A stretch of 64,000 bases of DNA from Calditrichaceae bacterium (GCA_050173015.1 JBFXLE010000015.1:31463-95462); one strand, 5' to 3'; shown: positions 48,809-59,716, counted from the first letter of the stretch. The notes: generated by a model not told the origin, from the letters alone. Program-made: numbers and translations.

Positions 48809-50173
48809 TTAATCCAGATTGAATTTTTCAAGCCGATAACGAAAGGTGTCGCGTGATAACCCTAATAATCTGGCAGCCCGGCTTTTATTTCCCCCCGCTC
48901 TTTCCAGAGCTGACAAAATGAGCTGCTTTTCCACATTTTCCAAAGAAATCCCGTCCACGGGAACCGTCCATCTTCCATCTCCGCTATCATCCTCTTTGTG
49001 ATGCAGTGCGATATCGGGGGCTTCAATTTTATCTGATTCAATAAAGATCATCGCTCTTTCGATCACATTACTCAATTCACGCACATTACCCGGCCATTGG
49101 TAGCTCAACAATTTCTGTTCCGCTTCTTTGCTGAATCCTGTTACATGTTTTTTGAACTCAATATTAAAAATCTGTAAAAAATGATTAGCTATCAAAATAA
49201 CATCCCGGTCCAGCTCTCTCAAACCGGGCAGATTTATCGTAACTACTTTCAAGCGGTAGAGCAAATCTTCCCTGAACTCACCCTTGCTGATCATTTCATC
49301 AAGGTTTCTGTTTGTCGCCGCGATCAGACGGACTTTCACATCTATTTCGGTATTACTCCCGAGCCGGCGGAATTTGCGCGTTTCAAGAAATGAGAGCAGC
49401 TTTGCCTGCAACTTCAGAGGTAATTCACCGATCTCATCAAGAAACAGAGTCCCGCTGTCGGCTTCTTCAAGCAATCCTTTTCGACTGCCGACCGCCCCAG
49501 TGAATGCCCCCTTCTCATATCCAAACAGTTCTGACTCCAACAATGTCTCAGGGATAGCCGCGCAATTTATTTCAACAAACGGCGTTTTGGATTCCCGGGA
49601 TGAATAATGTACCACCTTGGCCACAAGGCTCTTTCCCGTGCCGCTTTCCCCGAGAAGCAATACCGTGGCCGCAGGTATTCTGGAAATTTTTTCGATCATT
49701 TGCCTGATTTTTTCAATCGGCTCAGACTCACCCAATATACTCGCCGAAAGAAAATCCCCTTTTGCCGCGAGATAACTTTCCAATAATAAGATTTCATTTT
49801 TTTGCTGGGTGATTTGTTGTTTTTGAAACGCCGCTTCGGTGGTATCTTCCACCAAACAGAATAAAGGGGCTTCTGAGTCACCCGTCTTAAAAAAAGAAAG
49901 ATTAAAATATCGCTCTTCCCCATTATCCAATAAGCGGTTGATATATTCGAGAGTGAAATTTCCTCTCTTCCCCTCAAGAACTTCCCGCAGCGTGTTTTCA
50001 AGACCAACCGTCTCCGGTAAAAGGTCTGTAATCCCCTTTTTCCCCGGTTTTTGGTTTCCCGTACAATAATCCAAAAATTTCCTGCCCGATGAAACGACAT
50101 TTAGCTGATCTGAAAGCCAGGCAAAACTGAATTTTTTGTGTTCGAGGATATTTTCAAAAAATGATTTTTTCAT
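48809..50173 (-). CDS. Sigma54-dependent transcriptional activator (PAS-like sensor, AAA+, Fis HTH)
   Basis: GESGTGKS, INCAAIP, ESELFG, GAFTGA, LFLDEIG, WPGNVREL and NKSRAARLLG; no receiver domain. Confidence 0.95.
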   Translation of the reverse strand: MKKSFFENILEHKKFSFAWLSDQLNVVSSGRKFLDYCTGNQKPGKKGITDLLPETVGLENTLREVLEGKRGNFTLEYINRLLDNGEERYFNLSFFKTGDSEAPLFCLVEDTTEAAFQKQQITQQKNEILLLESYLAAKGDFLSASILGESEPIEKIRQMIEKISRIPAATVLLLGESGTGKSLVAKVVHYSSRESKTPFVEINCAAIPETLLESELFGYEKGAFTGAVGSRKGLLEEADSGTLFLDEIGELPLKLQAKLLSFLETRKFRRLGSNTEIDVKVRLIAATNRNLDEMISKGEFREDLLYRLKVVTINLPGLRELDRDVILIANHFLQIFNIEFKKHVTGFSKEAEQKLLSYQWPGNVRELSNVIERAMIFIESDKIEAPDIALHHKEDDSGDGRWTVPVDGISLENVEKQLILSALERAGGNKSRAARLLGLSRDTFRYRLEKFNLD

Positions 50174-50174
50174 G

Positions 50175-50708
50175 CTATTCTATTACCAATAAATCCCGGA
50201 ATTGCCGGAATACTTTTTCCACATTTTCTCCGGTTTTGGCGCTTGTAAGATAAGATTTGTGTTTTCCCGAGGCCGCGATTGAATTTAAAAGTTCTGCTGA
50301 TTTTGATTTCTCTCCGGTCAGATCAGTCTTATTTCCCGCCAGCAGGATGCGCGCCCGCGGGTTAATTTCCTGAAAAAAACCTGTTATTTCGGGTATTTTT
50401 TCAATCGTTTCAGGCCTTGTCAAATCGCTTACCACCAATGCCCCGGACGCGCCCGTATAATAATTTTTTAGCGGGACGCCGGCCTTCCCGAAACCTTCAA
50501 TATCCCAGATCAGGAGATGAAATTGTATGATTCTTCCATCGGACGCGTTTTCCGCGGGCATGATTTTTTGAGATACCCTGACCCCGATCGTTGAGAGATA
50601 GCTGTCGTCAAAGATATTATCGACAAAACGCCGAACCAGACTGGTTTTACCGACTCCAAACATACCGAGAAGACAAATTTTCTTTTTTAGAATTACCGCT
50701 TCGTCCAT
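50175..50708 (-). CDS. Ras-superfamily (Rab-like) small GTPase
   Basis: G1 GMFGVGKTS, G2 STIG, G3 WDIEG, G4 NKTD, G5 SAK; 177 aa stand-alone protein. Confidence 0.9.
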   Translation of the reverse strand: MDEAVILKKKICLLGMFGVGKTSLVRRFVDNIFDDSYLSTIGVRVSQKIMPAENASDGRIIQFHLLIWDIEGFGKAGVPLKNYYTGASGALVVSDLTRPETIEKIPEITGFFQEINPRARILLAGNKTDLTGEKSKSAELLNSIAASGKHKSYLTSAKTGENVEKVFRQFRDLLVIE

Positions 50709-50733
50709 TGTTGAGATTTAACCTTTAGATCCG

Positions 50734-52509
50734 TTATTCGATTGTAAACGTGACTCTTCTGTTCAGTTCATGCATCTCCGCGCCCGTATCCGATAAAACC
50801 GGCTCTTCCGCTCCTTTTGCGATTACAGCGATCTTTGTTTCCGGAAATCCATGATCAACGAGATATTGCCGGACGCTCTCCGCCCGCTTTCTTGACAGAT
50901 CGTAATTTATTTTATCGGATCCGGATGCATCCGCGTGACCGATGATGGTAAGCTTTGTAAAATTCGCGGTTTTCAGTTTGCCTGAAATTTTGTCAAGCAA
51001 ATCGATACTCCCATTCGAAATGGTCGTTGATCCTGAATCAAAAAGGATTCTAACCGATTGAATGAATTCCCCGGACATATCTTCCCGGCTCCCTACCCTC
51101 AGGTTGTTTATGACCACCGGAAATCGGGTTATTTGAGCAGCCGCGGAAGCGATCAGTAATTTTTTGTTTTCGGTGGATGTCTCGCCTTCTAAAAACAGCC
51201 GACTACCGTCCACGATAAACCGAATATCACCCATGTCTTCTTCCAGCTGACCGGGATAAAGCGCCTTCATCTCATTCCATAATTTACCCAGCTCAATATC
51301 GCCATAACGGACAATGATGTGATTGGAAACATCACCGTCACCGGTTTGATTTTTGACAATGGCTTCAATTTTTTCACGGTCACCCCAGTTTTCAGCTTCC
51401 CCGGTCAGCGCGACATTTCGGTCACTGATTTCATATTGCACATTACTCAGAAGCTCCGGATTTTTTTGGCGAAGTTCGTTCAGGCCGGCTTTTAATTCTC
51501 TCTCCCGGAGTTTTTGCGGAATAAAGAAGATCCCCGCGTAAACAAACAGCGCGAGCAGCAAAATGATCAAAAGATACATCAGTCCTCTCGGCGGCCGCTT
51601 CAAATCCTTTTCAGTCCTGATACTTTCTTGTTCCCGGTTGTAATGACCGAGAAACTCTTCAAGATCTGATTTGACGTGATTAAACGGTTTTGTATCCCCC
51701 TTAAATTCACGAAGAGTTTTAAAATATTGTTTGTGGAATTTCTGCTCGAGCTGACGGAGCTGATCCTTCAGCTCTCTCGGCGGAACACCGGATGTGACAA
51801 CCGCCAGATAAGCATTTCGTCCGTTTTCCAGCAAAATCTGCAGATCATCATACTGGATTTCACTCAGATCCCTGTCGCTGTTTTCACTAAAGGCCGTATT
51901 CGCGAATTCACGGATTGCCGTCAGCATACCGCTGATCATATCCTCATCGCCGGAGGCGGATGTTGACCGGTCATGGACATGGGTGAGGAGAAGGCCTGAT
52001 TCTTTGTGGATATAAAATATTTCGTGAATGATAAATGGAAGTGAATCGGCCAGAACCAACGCGGCGCTTTCGACTCCGGTAATACGCGCTTTAAGTTTTT
52101 GAAACATCATTTCAAAACTAAGAGCCCGGTCAATGCGCTCGTTTACCGTTTTGGCCAGATTCTTCATGGCTTCGGCAATGGACTTCCGGATGCTCTGACC
52201 AATCACGGGATATAGAGCGTCAACAATATCTTCCCGGGCGACTTCAATTTGTTTCTTGATGGCCGTTCCAATCACGGGAGCCAGCGCTTCAGCGATCTCA
52301 TCTTTTGATTCGCTTATTTTTTGCGTCAGGAGCCCGGCGATAACGGGATCAAGTGTTTTGATCAGCCAGTTTTTATCGCGCCATTGAACCTGAAACGAAT
52401 CAATACGGGATTCAAGGTCGGCCACGCTTCTCAGATTATCCGCCAGCAGAATTCTTCTGAGCTGGTCAACGGGATCTTCTGACGAAGTATGCTTTTTCAG
52501 TTCAGCCAT
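50734..52509 (-). CDS. Membrane protein: N-terminal helical region, longin-like domain, TM helix, BON-like domains, OmpA-like peptidoglycan-binding domain
   Basis: C-terminal ILFDSGS...IGHAD..G....NYDLSRKRAESV...NRRV is OmpA_C; single TM helix LMYLLIILLLALFVYAGIFFI. Confidence 0.8.
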   Translation of the reverse strand: MAELKKHTSSEDPVDQLRRILLADNLRSVADLESRIDSFQVQWRDKNWLIKTLDPVIAGLLTQKISESKDEIAEALAPVIGTAIKKQIEVAREDIVDALYPVIGQSIRKSIAEAMKNLAKTVNERIDRALSFEMMFQKLKARITGVESAALVLADSLPFIIHEIFYIHKESGLLLTHVHDRSTSASGDEDMISGMLTAIREFANTAFSENSDRDLSEIQYDDLQILLENGRNAYLAVVTSGVPPRELKDQLRQLEQKFHKQYFKTLREFKGDTKPFNHVKSDLEEFLGHYNREQESIRTEKDLKRPPRGLMYLLIILLLALFVYAGIFFIPQKLRERELKAGLNELRQKNPELLSNVQYEISDRNVALTGEAENWGDREKIEAIVKNQTGDGDVSNHIIVRYGDIELGKLWNEMKALYPGQLEEDMGDIRFIVDGSRLFLEGETSTENKKLLIASAAAQITRFPVVINNLRVGSREDMSGEFIQSVRILFDSGSTTISNGSIDLLDKISGKLKTANFTKLTIIGHADASGSDKINYDLSRKRAESVRQYLVDHGFPETKIAVIAKGAEEPVLSDTGAEMHELNRRVTFTIE

Positions 52510-52912
52510 TTTCTACCGTTTCTTCTTTAGTGACGTCATGCTTATTGCCTTTGAGCTTGCGCGCGACATCCGCTAAATAAGAACTGACTTCCTCCCTGTC
52601 TGTCTTTTCACGTCTCAGGTGTTCGATTTTTTCTTCGATTATTGATAACTTATCATCAACGGTCCCGAGCAAATCCAATCCCGATTTATGGATGGTTTCC
52701 TTTAACTGACTGAAATTTTCGCTGTTTTTGTTTTCGACCTTTTGGATCATTTCATTTATGGAAGCGGTCATTTCAGTAAAATTTGTTTTCAGCTCGTTTA
52801 GTTTATTCTCCAGCTTTGCAAATTCTTCATGAAATTCCCTGAGCTGTTCGCCAAAGATAAGATGACGCACCTGTTCAATATCGCTGGAAACCTTTTTTTG
52901 ATCCCCGCTCAT
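52502..52912 (-). CDS. Coiled-coil hypothetical protein
   Basis: IEQVRHLIFGEQ...KTDREE heptad-rich sequence; 8-bp overlap with the OmpA-domain gene. Confidence 0.75.
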   Translation of the reverse strand: MSGDQKKVSSDIEQVRHLIFGEQLREFHEEFAKLENKLNELKTNFTEMTASINEMIQKVENKNSENFSQLKETIHKSGLDLLGTVDDKLSIIEEKIEHLRREKTDREEVSSYLADVARKLKGNKHDVTKEETVENG

Positions 52913-53314
52913 ACATTACCCCCCTGAAGGATGATTAAGAGATTTTGGGTCTGCCGTAATCTATATTGTTTATTTAAACTTTACGCGCGATTAAACTTAA
53001 TAATTGTCTGCCGAGATACTTAGATAGAATTCTGAGAACCGGATTGAATCTTTTTCAATGCTTGAGAATAATATACCGTTGATGTGAGTATCCCCCTTAA
53101 ATTCATCACGCTTTCCCCTAAACGCTGTCAACAGGGATTTTATTCTTCCCCTTCTGCTTAAAAACCGCGCGCCGAGGAAAAGATGTAATTAATATATTAA
53201 ACAATTCACAGCATTGAAAGAAATTTAATGAAATGGCAGGATTGTCAAGATTTTGTGAGTGAGAGCGCCACCGCGGGATAAGAGTGATAGGATTTAATCA
53301 TACCTGAAGTAAAT

Positions 53315-53352
53315 AAAAAACCTCCCGGAAAGATCAACCCGGGAGGCTTTTT
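53315..53352 (-). terminator. Rho-independent terminator
   Basis: AAAAAACCTCCCGG...CCGGGAGGCTTTT downstream of dcp. Confidence 0.75.
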
Positions 53353-53366
53353 AAACATTATAATTA

Positions 53367-55466
53367 CTAATTTAATCCGCGTCTTTTTAACAAGGGCTCA
53401 ATTTTTGGTTCGGCGCCTCGGAATTTCACATAAAGCGTCATCGGATCATCGGAGCCACCTTTTGAAAGTACATTTTCTCTGAAAGCCAATGCTGTTTTCT
53501 TATCAAACAGTCCGTTCTCCTTAAATGCTTCAAACGCGTCCGCGTCCAAAACGGCCGCCCAGATATAACTGTAATAACCGGAGGAGTAGCCGCCGGAAAA
53601 AATATGGCGGAAATATGGGCTTCTGTATCTGGAAACAATTTCAGGAATCAGTCCGATTTTGTTCAATGAATTATTTTCAAATTCCACCGGGTTAAGCTCT
53701 TTTATCTCGGTCAGAGTATGCCAGTCCATGTCTAAAAAGGAAGCGGCAAGATATTCGACCGTGGCGAATCCCTGGTTGAAATGACCTGAATTTTCCAGCT
53801 TTTCAATCAATTCATCGGGAATCGGTTCATTGGTTTCATAATGACGCGCGTAGGATTTCAATACTTCCGGTTCCGATGCCCAGTTTTCCATAATCTGTGA
53901 CGGAAGCTCTACAAAATCCCTCGGAACGGAAGTGCCGGAGATCGTATGATAAGTACTGTTGGACAGCAGACCGTGCAGGGCGTGGCCAAATTCATGGAAC
54001 AGCGTTTCCACTTCATCGAAACTCAGCAGAGCGGGTTTATCCCCTGTTGGTTTGGAAAAATTACAGACATTGGCAATGACCGGTGTGATATTTTTGCCAT
54101 CCTGACGGAACTGCTTGCGGTACGCGTTCATCCAGGCGCCGCCGCGTTTGCTGGCTCTCGGGAAATAGTCTGTGTATAAGATGCCAATATGCGCGCCGTT
54201 CGCTTCTTTTACTTCAAACGCCTTGACATCCGGGTGATATACGGGAAGATCCGGGCGCTCTTCAAAGGTGATTCCATAAAGATTTGTGGCAACCGCGAAT
54301 GCCCCGTCCCTTACGTTTTCGAGTTTGAAATACGGCCTGAGAGCGGCGTCATCCAGATCATATCTGGCCTTTTTCACTTTTTCTGAATAATACCACCAAT
54401 CCCATGCTTCCAGCTTGAAGTTATTACCTTCTGATTTAATCATTTCCTGCATATCTTTCGCTTCTTTTTTCGCGATAGGAAGCGCCGCGTCCCAAAGCTG
54501 ATCCAGTAACTTATAGACCCGATCGGGAGTCTTTGCCATATTTTCATCCAGAATAAAATCGGCGTGTGTTTTATAGCCCAGAAGATTGGCTTTTTCCACT
54601 CTCAGCGCGGCCATTTTTGACAGGATTTCTTTGTTGTCCAGCTCGTTTCCGTTGTCACCGCGATTGATATATCCTTTAAACATCTTTTCACGCAGATCTC
54701 TTTTTTCTGAATATTGCAGAAACGGGATTAAGCTCGGTTTATGAAGCGTAAAAACCCATTTACCTTCATACCCTCTCTCGGCAGCCGCCTCGGCCGCGCC
54801 TTTGACAACTGACTCCGGAAGCCCTGCGAGATCTGCTTCATCATCGATCACCAGCTCAAACGCGTTATCTTCCTTTAATATATTCTCACCGAACTGCAGC
54901 GAAAAGAGAGACAACTGTTCGTTTATTTCACGGAAACGTTTTTGTTTTTCAGGATCGAGATTCGCGCCTCCGCGCACAAAATTTTTATAATATTTCTCGA
55001 GCAGCGCGGATTGTTCACCCGACAACGCCATTTCATCTTTTTTATCATAAACCTGCTTTACCCTCTCAAACAGGTTGGGATTCAGATTGATATCATCATT
55101 ATGACCCGACAATAACGGCGTGACTTCTTTAGCGATTTCCTGCAAATTATCATTGGTGTTCGCGGATGTTAAATTATCAAATACATCGCTTACTTTTGTC
55201 AGTAACGCGCCGCTCCGCTCCATGGCTTCGATCGTATTTTCGAAGGTGGGAGTCTCCGGATTGTTGATAATCGCTTCTATCTCTCGTTTCTGCTGTTTCA
55301 TGCCTTCTTTAAACGCCGGCATAAAATGCTCTTCCTTTATTTTACTAAAGGGCGGAACGCCAAAGGGCGTATCATATTCGCTGAAAAACGGGTTGGACTC
55401 CTCTTTAGCGCATGACCAAAGCATTAGTCCAACGGCAATAAATGCCAATGTGAACATCTTCATCAT
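53367..55466 (-). CDS. dcp: M3 family metallopeptidase (peptidyl-dipeptidase Dcp), lipoprotein
   Basis: Lipobox LWSC; KRGGAWM, FHEFGHALH, DFVELPSQ and HIFSGGYSSGYYSY. Confidence 0.9.
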   Translation of the reverse strand: MMKMFTLAFIAVGLMLWSCAKEESNPFFSEYDTPFGVPPFSKIKEEHFMPAFKEGMKQQKREIEAIINNPETPTFENTIEAMERSGALLTKVSDVFDNLTSANTNDNLQEIAKEVTPLLSGHNDDINLNPNLFERVKQVYDKKDEMALSGEQSALLEKYYKNFVRGGANLDPEKQKRFREINEQLSLFSLQFGENILKEDNAFELVIDDEADLAGLPESVVKGAAEAAAERGYEGKWVFTLHKPSLIPFLQYSEKRDLREKMFKGYINRGDNGNELDNKEILSKMAALRVEKANLLGYKTHADFILDENMAKTPDRVYKLLDQLWDAALPIAKKEAKDMQEMIKSEGNNFKLEAWDWWYYSEKVKKARYDLDDAALRPYFKLENVRDGAFAVATNLYGITFEERPDLPVYHPDVKAFEVKEANGAHIGILYTDYFPRASKRGGAWMNAYRKQFRQDGKNITPVIANVCNFSKPTGDKPALLSFDEVETLFHEFGHALHGLLSNSTYHTISGTSVPRDFVELPSQIMENWASEPEVLKSYARHYETNEPIPDELIEKLENSGHFNQGFATVEYLAASFLDMDWHTLTEIKELNPVEFENNSLNKIGLIPEIVSRYRSPYFRHIFSGGYSSGYYSYIWAAVLDADAFEAFKENGLFDKKTALAFRENVLSKGGSDDPMTLYVKFRGAEPKIEPLLKRRGLN

Positions 55467-55707
55467 CCTAATCCTTTCCGATTTATGAAAAAGTAAATTT
55501 CAGACAAGGTTCTAATATCCGAAAATTTTTCGAAAATACAATTTTAATTGAAGTGAACGTTCAGAAGATGAAAAAGTTGCACATTAGAATGTGTAGATAT
55601 TAAGCCGCGTGAATCAGGTTTATTAATATTTAATATTCTTTTTAATCTTGACAATTCAAATGGAATTAACGAAAATTTCAAGGGAATGATTAATATGGGG
55701 GGATCCG

Positions 55708-56154
55708 ATGAAATTTAATTTTTTTATCACCATCAATAAAAGCCGTGATGAAGTCTGGAAGATTTTTGATAATCCGGATAATTTACCAAAGTGGCAGCCT
55801 TCTTTAATAAAATTTGAGCATCAGAGTGGTGAACCCGGCATGCCCGGCGCGGTCTCCATGCTGACTTATAAAGAAAAAGAAGAATTTATCATGCTCGAAA
55901 CCATCACATCCAGAAATGAACCGGAAGAATTTTCAGGCGTCTATGAAAACCCCACGGCGCGAACCACCATGAAAAATACGTTTACCGCCATCGATGACAA
56001 AACAACAAAATGGAATGTGGAAACGGAATTTACATTTAAAAATCCTGTTTCGAAATTATTGTCTCCATTGATGAAGGGGATGATCAGCAAACGCGTTAAT
56101 GATGACATGAATCGTTTTAAGAAATTGGCAGAAAGCGTCGCCGGGAAGATTTAG
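55708..56154 (+). CDS. SRPBCC family protein
   Basis: ITINKSRDEVW..F....NLPKWQ...FKKLAE. Confidence 0.8.
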   Translation: MKFNFFITINKSRDEVWKIFDNPDNLPKWQPSLIKFEHQSGEPGMPGAVSMLTYKEKEEFIMLETITSRNEPEEFSGVYENPTARTTMKNTFTAIDDKTTKWNVETEFTFKNPVSKLLSPLMKGMISKRVNDDMNRFKKLAESVAGKI

Positions 56155-56219
56155 CTGAATTATATCCGTCAAATATCCGTTGATATTAAAAAATCATGTT
56201 CATCTTTTGGAGATATATT

Positions 56220-56750
56220 ATGAAAAGATTGATCGCTTTTATAGTAGTAATCCTATTTATTTTCCCTATCAGCATACAGGCCCAGGAGGAGCTCTCAGAG
56301 CATCTCGCGCCGCTGAAGCCTTTTACGGGAAAAACCTGGAAGGGAATATTCTCCGGCAAGGATAATGACAAAATGACCCGGGATGTCTCCCGCTGGGAGA
56401 GAGCCCTGAACGGTCAGGCCATCCGTATTATGCATTCAGTTGATGACGGTGTGTACGGCGGCGAATCGATTGTAATGTGGGACCCGGTTAAAGAAAGCCT
56501 TGTGTTCTTTTATTTCACCACCGCCGGTTTCTTCACTAACGGCACCATCAAGTTTGAAGACGGACAATTTATCAGTCATGAATATGTGACCGGCGAGAAA
56601 AGCGGAATTACGGAGGTTATTGGAACAGGGAAAATGCTTCCCGACGGCCGGTATCTCAGCAAATCGAAGTACCTTCAAAACGGCAAATGGGTGGAAGGCC
56701 ATGAAATATATTATGTAGAGGATCCGGAGGCGAAGGTGATCCTAAAATAA
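56220..56750 (+). CDS. Exported hypothetical protein
   Basis: Signal peptide (IQA); RBS GGAG; long ORF. Confidence 0.7.
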   Translation: MKRLIAFIVVILFIFPISIQAQEELSEHLAPLKPFTGKTWKGIFSGKDNDKMTRDVSRWERALNGQAIRIMHSVDDGVYGGESIVMWDPVKESLVFFYFTTAGFFTNGTIKFEDGQFISHEYVTGEKSGITEVIGTGKMLPDGRYLSKSKYLQNGKWVEGHEIYYVEDPEAKVILK

Positions 56751-56931
56751 GGTTTCCGCCCCGTATAAACCTCATAAAAGATGATATTCGCCTCTGAACC
56801 GTACCTGTCAAACCTGATACATTCATCTTATCATTTTTGGAAAATGAGGGGTTGTCTCAAACTACTTTCCGGTTTTTTGAATATTCTAATTGTGTTCCAT
56901 GTTCATATTATAGTTCTCAGAGGAGGCTGAT

Positions 56932-58590
56932 ATGCGGCGGGATTTACTGATTCTCATCCTTGTTTTGGTTTCCATTCAATTATATGCCCAGACCAATCCG
57001 AATGACAGCGGCGGCATTCTCTCACCTGAACAGGCCGCTTACGATGTCACTTTTTATGATCTTGACATGCAAATTAATCCCGCGGACAGCAGCATACAGG
57101 GCGTGCTTACCATGACCGCGAAGATATTGAGTCCGACGCGCCAAATAGTAATGAATCTCGATACTCTGCTTACGGTTGACAAAATCCTGAACAAGTCGGG
57201 AGATGAACTTCATTTCTCCCGGAACCGGGGTAATATATGGATTGAGCCGGGCAGAACCTTGCAGCCGGATGACTCAACAGTTTTACAAATTTATTATCAC
57301 GGAAAACCACGATCCGGGCAAAAAGGAAAATTCAACAAATTTATCTGGGCCCGAACCGCCGGCGGTGCGCCATGGGTTGGTGTTTCCTGTGAATTTAGCG
57401 GCGCTGATATTTGGTGGCCGTGCAAAGACCACCCTTCGGATGAACCCGATTCCATGGCACTACATTTTACAGTCCCCGAAAATTTAATCGCGGTAAGCAA
57501 CGGACGCCTTCAGTCATCGAAGTCCAATCAGGACGGGACGCGTACCTTTGACTGGTTTGTGTCTTCACCCATCAGCAACTATTCCGTTTCTGTTTATGTC
57601 GCCCCTTATGTGGAAATACAGGAAAAATTTACCTCCGTTTCCGGTGATGTGATACCGGTTTCATTCTGGGCATTGCCGGAGAATGAATCAAAAGCAAAGG
57701 AATTTCTGCCGGGATTTTTGGAACATTTAGCTTTTTTTGAGAACCTCCTGGGGCCTTATCCGTTCCGGGCGGACAAATACGGCATCGCGGAAGCGCCCTA
57801 TCTCGGAATGGAACACCAGACCGTCATCGCGTACGGGGGCAATTATGATTTCAGGTCAATGGGAGATATGGACTGGGGATTTGACGCGCTACATCAACAT
57901 GAATTAGCCCATGAGTGGTTCGCCAATCTGGTGTCACCGTCTGACTGGTCGGATTTATGGCTGAGTGAGGGGCTGGCTTCTTATATGCAAATCATGTACG
58001 CCGAACAAAAATTGGGCAAAGCAAAAGCAGACGCGCTGATGGATAGCATCCGGTCATATATTACCAATAAACAGCCGGTTGTTCCCCCGCGCGGCGCGGT
58101 TTTTAGTGAAGTGTATAATATGGACATATATTTCAAGGGCGCCTGCGCGCTGCATACCTTACGCTATTTAATCAGCGATGAAAAATTTAATTTGCTGCTG
58201 AGGCGCTGGGCCTATCCCGACCCGCAAAAGGAGAATAGTGAAGCGTGTCGCTTTGTTAATACTTCGGATTTCATTCAACTCGCGGAAAAAATCTCCGGGA
58301 TGAAACTTGACTGGTTTTTTGGAGTTTATCTGTATCAAAAAGATTTGCCGGTACTCGTCATCGATAAGACAGACAAATTTTTAAATCTGACTTGGGAAAC
58401 AGCGGATCATTCGATTTTTCCGATGCCGGTAGATTTAAAAATTGACGGAAAAACCCATCGGATTGAGCTGCCCGGCGGCCGCGCTTCTGTTCCATTGGCC
58501 GCGGAATCAGAATGGCGGATTGATCCCGGAAAATGGATACTTTTTGCAACCGGTGACGCTTTCCGGATGGGAGGGTTAAAAGATGAATAA
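56932..58590 (+). CDS. M1 family aminopeptidase
   Basis: Signal peptide; GMEH, HELAHEW...WLSEG and YFKG. Confidence 0.9.
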   Translation: MRRDLLILILVLVSIQLYAQTNPNDSGGILSPEQAAYDVTFYDLDMQINPADSSIQGVLTMTAKILSPTRQIVMNLDTLLTVDKILNKSGDELHFSRNRGNIWIEPGRTLQPDDSTVLQIYYHGKPRSGQKGKFNKFIWARTAGGAPWVGVSCEFSGADIWWPCKDHPSDEPDSMALHFTVPENLIAVSNGRLQSSKSNQDGTRTFDWFVSSPISNYSVSVYVAPYVEIQEKFTSVSGDVIPVSFWALPENESKAKEFLPGFLEHLAFFENLLGPYPFRADKYGIAEAPYLGMEHQTVIAYGGNYDFRSMGDMDWGFDALHQHELAHEWFANLVSPSDWSDLWLSEGLASYMQIMYAEQKLGKAKADALMDSIRSYITNKQPVVPPRGAVFSEVYNMDIYFKGACALHTLRYLISDEKFNLLLRRWAYPDPQKENSEACRFVNTSDFIQLAEKISGMKLDWFFGVYLYQKDLPVLVIDKTDKFLNLTWETADHSIFPMPVDLKIDGKTHRIELPGGRASVPLAAESEWRIDPGKWILFATGDAFRMGGLKDE

Positions 58591-58771
58591 TCATAAAATT
58601 CCATTATGTTCAGACGACCTTTTTTGAAAAACCGGGCGATTTCCGGAGTCCGACGATTTTTGAAACCGGATCCTTTAGTCACGCCTGTTACATGGGACAG
58701 TATAAACCATGGGATTACAGAACCGGTAATCAGGCATTTATTAAAATATTAACCCTTGTAAAGGAGAATGG

Positions 58772-59680
58772 ATGAATTTTTTGAAGAACGGAATCATATT
58801 CTTTTTCCTGACCGCCATTATATTTATAGCGGGATGCGGATCTTCCGGAAAGAGCGCCTACACCACCGAAATCGACAACTGGCATAAAAAACGGGTTGCC
58901 TCTTTAACGCGTGAAGACAACTGGCTAAGCCTGGCGGGGTTGTTCTGGCTCAATGAGGGACAAAATCGGTTCGGAAGTGATTCATCCAACGATATGGTTT
59001 TTCCGGGAAAAGCGCCGGGATTTATCGGCTCGCTTATTCTGGAAGACAATCATGTATTGGCAAAGATTAATCAGGATGTATCCGTCACAGCCGGTGAAAA
59101 TCCGGTGACATCCATGATCCTGAGAAGTGACGCGGACGGCGATCCCACCATATTGACAAGCGGACCGCTGAGCTGGTATATCATCAAGCGCGGTGACAGG
59201 TACGGTGTCCGTCTTCGCGACAGGGAACATCCCAATTTAAAACACTTTAAAGGAGTTAACAGATATACCGTAAAAGAATCCTGGCGTGTTCCGGCCAAAT
59301 TAGAACCTTATAATCCGCCAAAAACAATCGCTGTCCCCACCGTTTTAGGGACGGTGGACAGTTCCTTTTCTCCCGGCGCGCTGGTCTTTGAAATTGACGG
59401 AGAAACATTCAGACTGGATCCGATTGCCGATCCGGGCGCTGAAAAATATTTTCTGATTTTCGCTGATGACACCAACGGGGATGAAACATACGGCGCCGGA
59501 CGCTTCCTGTATGTGGACCGGCCGGGCGCGGACGGAATCACTTATATCGACTTTAATAAATCCTACAATCCCCCCTGCGCCTTCACTGAATTCGCGACAT
59601 GTCCCCTGCCGCCCTTTCAGAACCGGCTCCCCGTCAAAGTTACCGCGGGAGAAAAGAATTACAAAAGCGGGATCCATTAA
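58772..59680 (+). CDS. DUF1684 family lipoprotein
   Basis: Lipobox IAGC; WLSLAGL; TYGAGRFL; DFNKSYNPPCAF...CPLPP.QN. Confidence 0.9.
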   Translation: MNFLKNGIIFFFLTAIIFIAGCGSSGKSAYTTEIDNWHKKRVASLTREDNWLSLAGLFWLNEGQNRFGSDSSNDMVFPGKAPGFIGSLILEDNHVLAKINQDVSVTAGENPVTSMILRSDADGDPTILTSGPLSWYIIKRGDRYGVRLRDREHPNLKHFKGVNRYTVKESWRVPAKLEPYNPPKTIAVPTVLGTVDSSFSPGALVFEIDGETFRLDPIADPGAEKYFLIFADDTNGDETYGAGRFLYVDRPGADGITYIDFNKSYNPPCAFTEFATCPLPPFQNRLPVKVTAGEKNYKSGIH

Positions 59681-59716
59681 AGTTTACGGTGATCTGTTCC
59701 AATATCAACAGGGGCG

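Noticed and set aside
52913-53314. ncRNA or riboswitch in the 400-bp region upstream of the GTPase operon
   Set aside because: No recognisable conserved motif or strong structure by eye; an Rfam/Infernal search would be needed.
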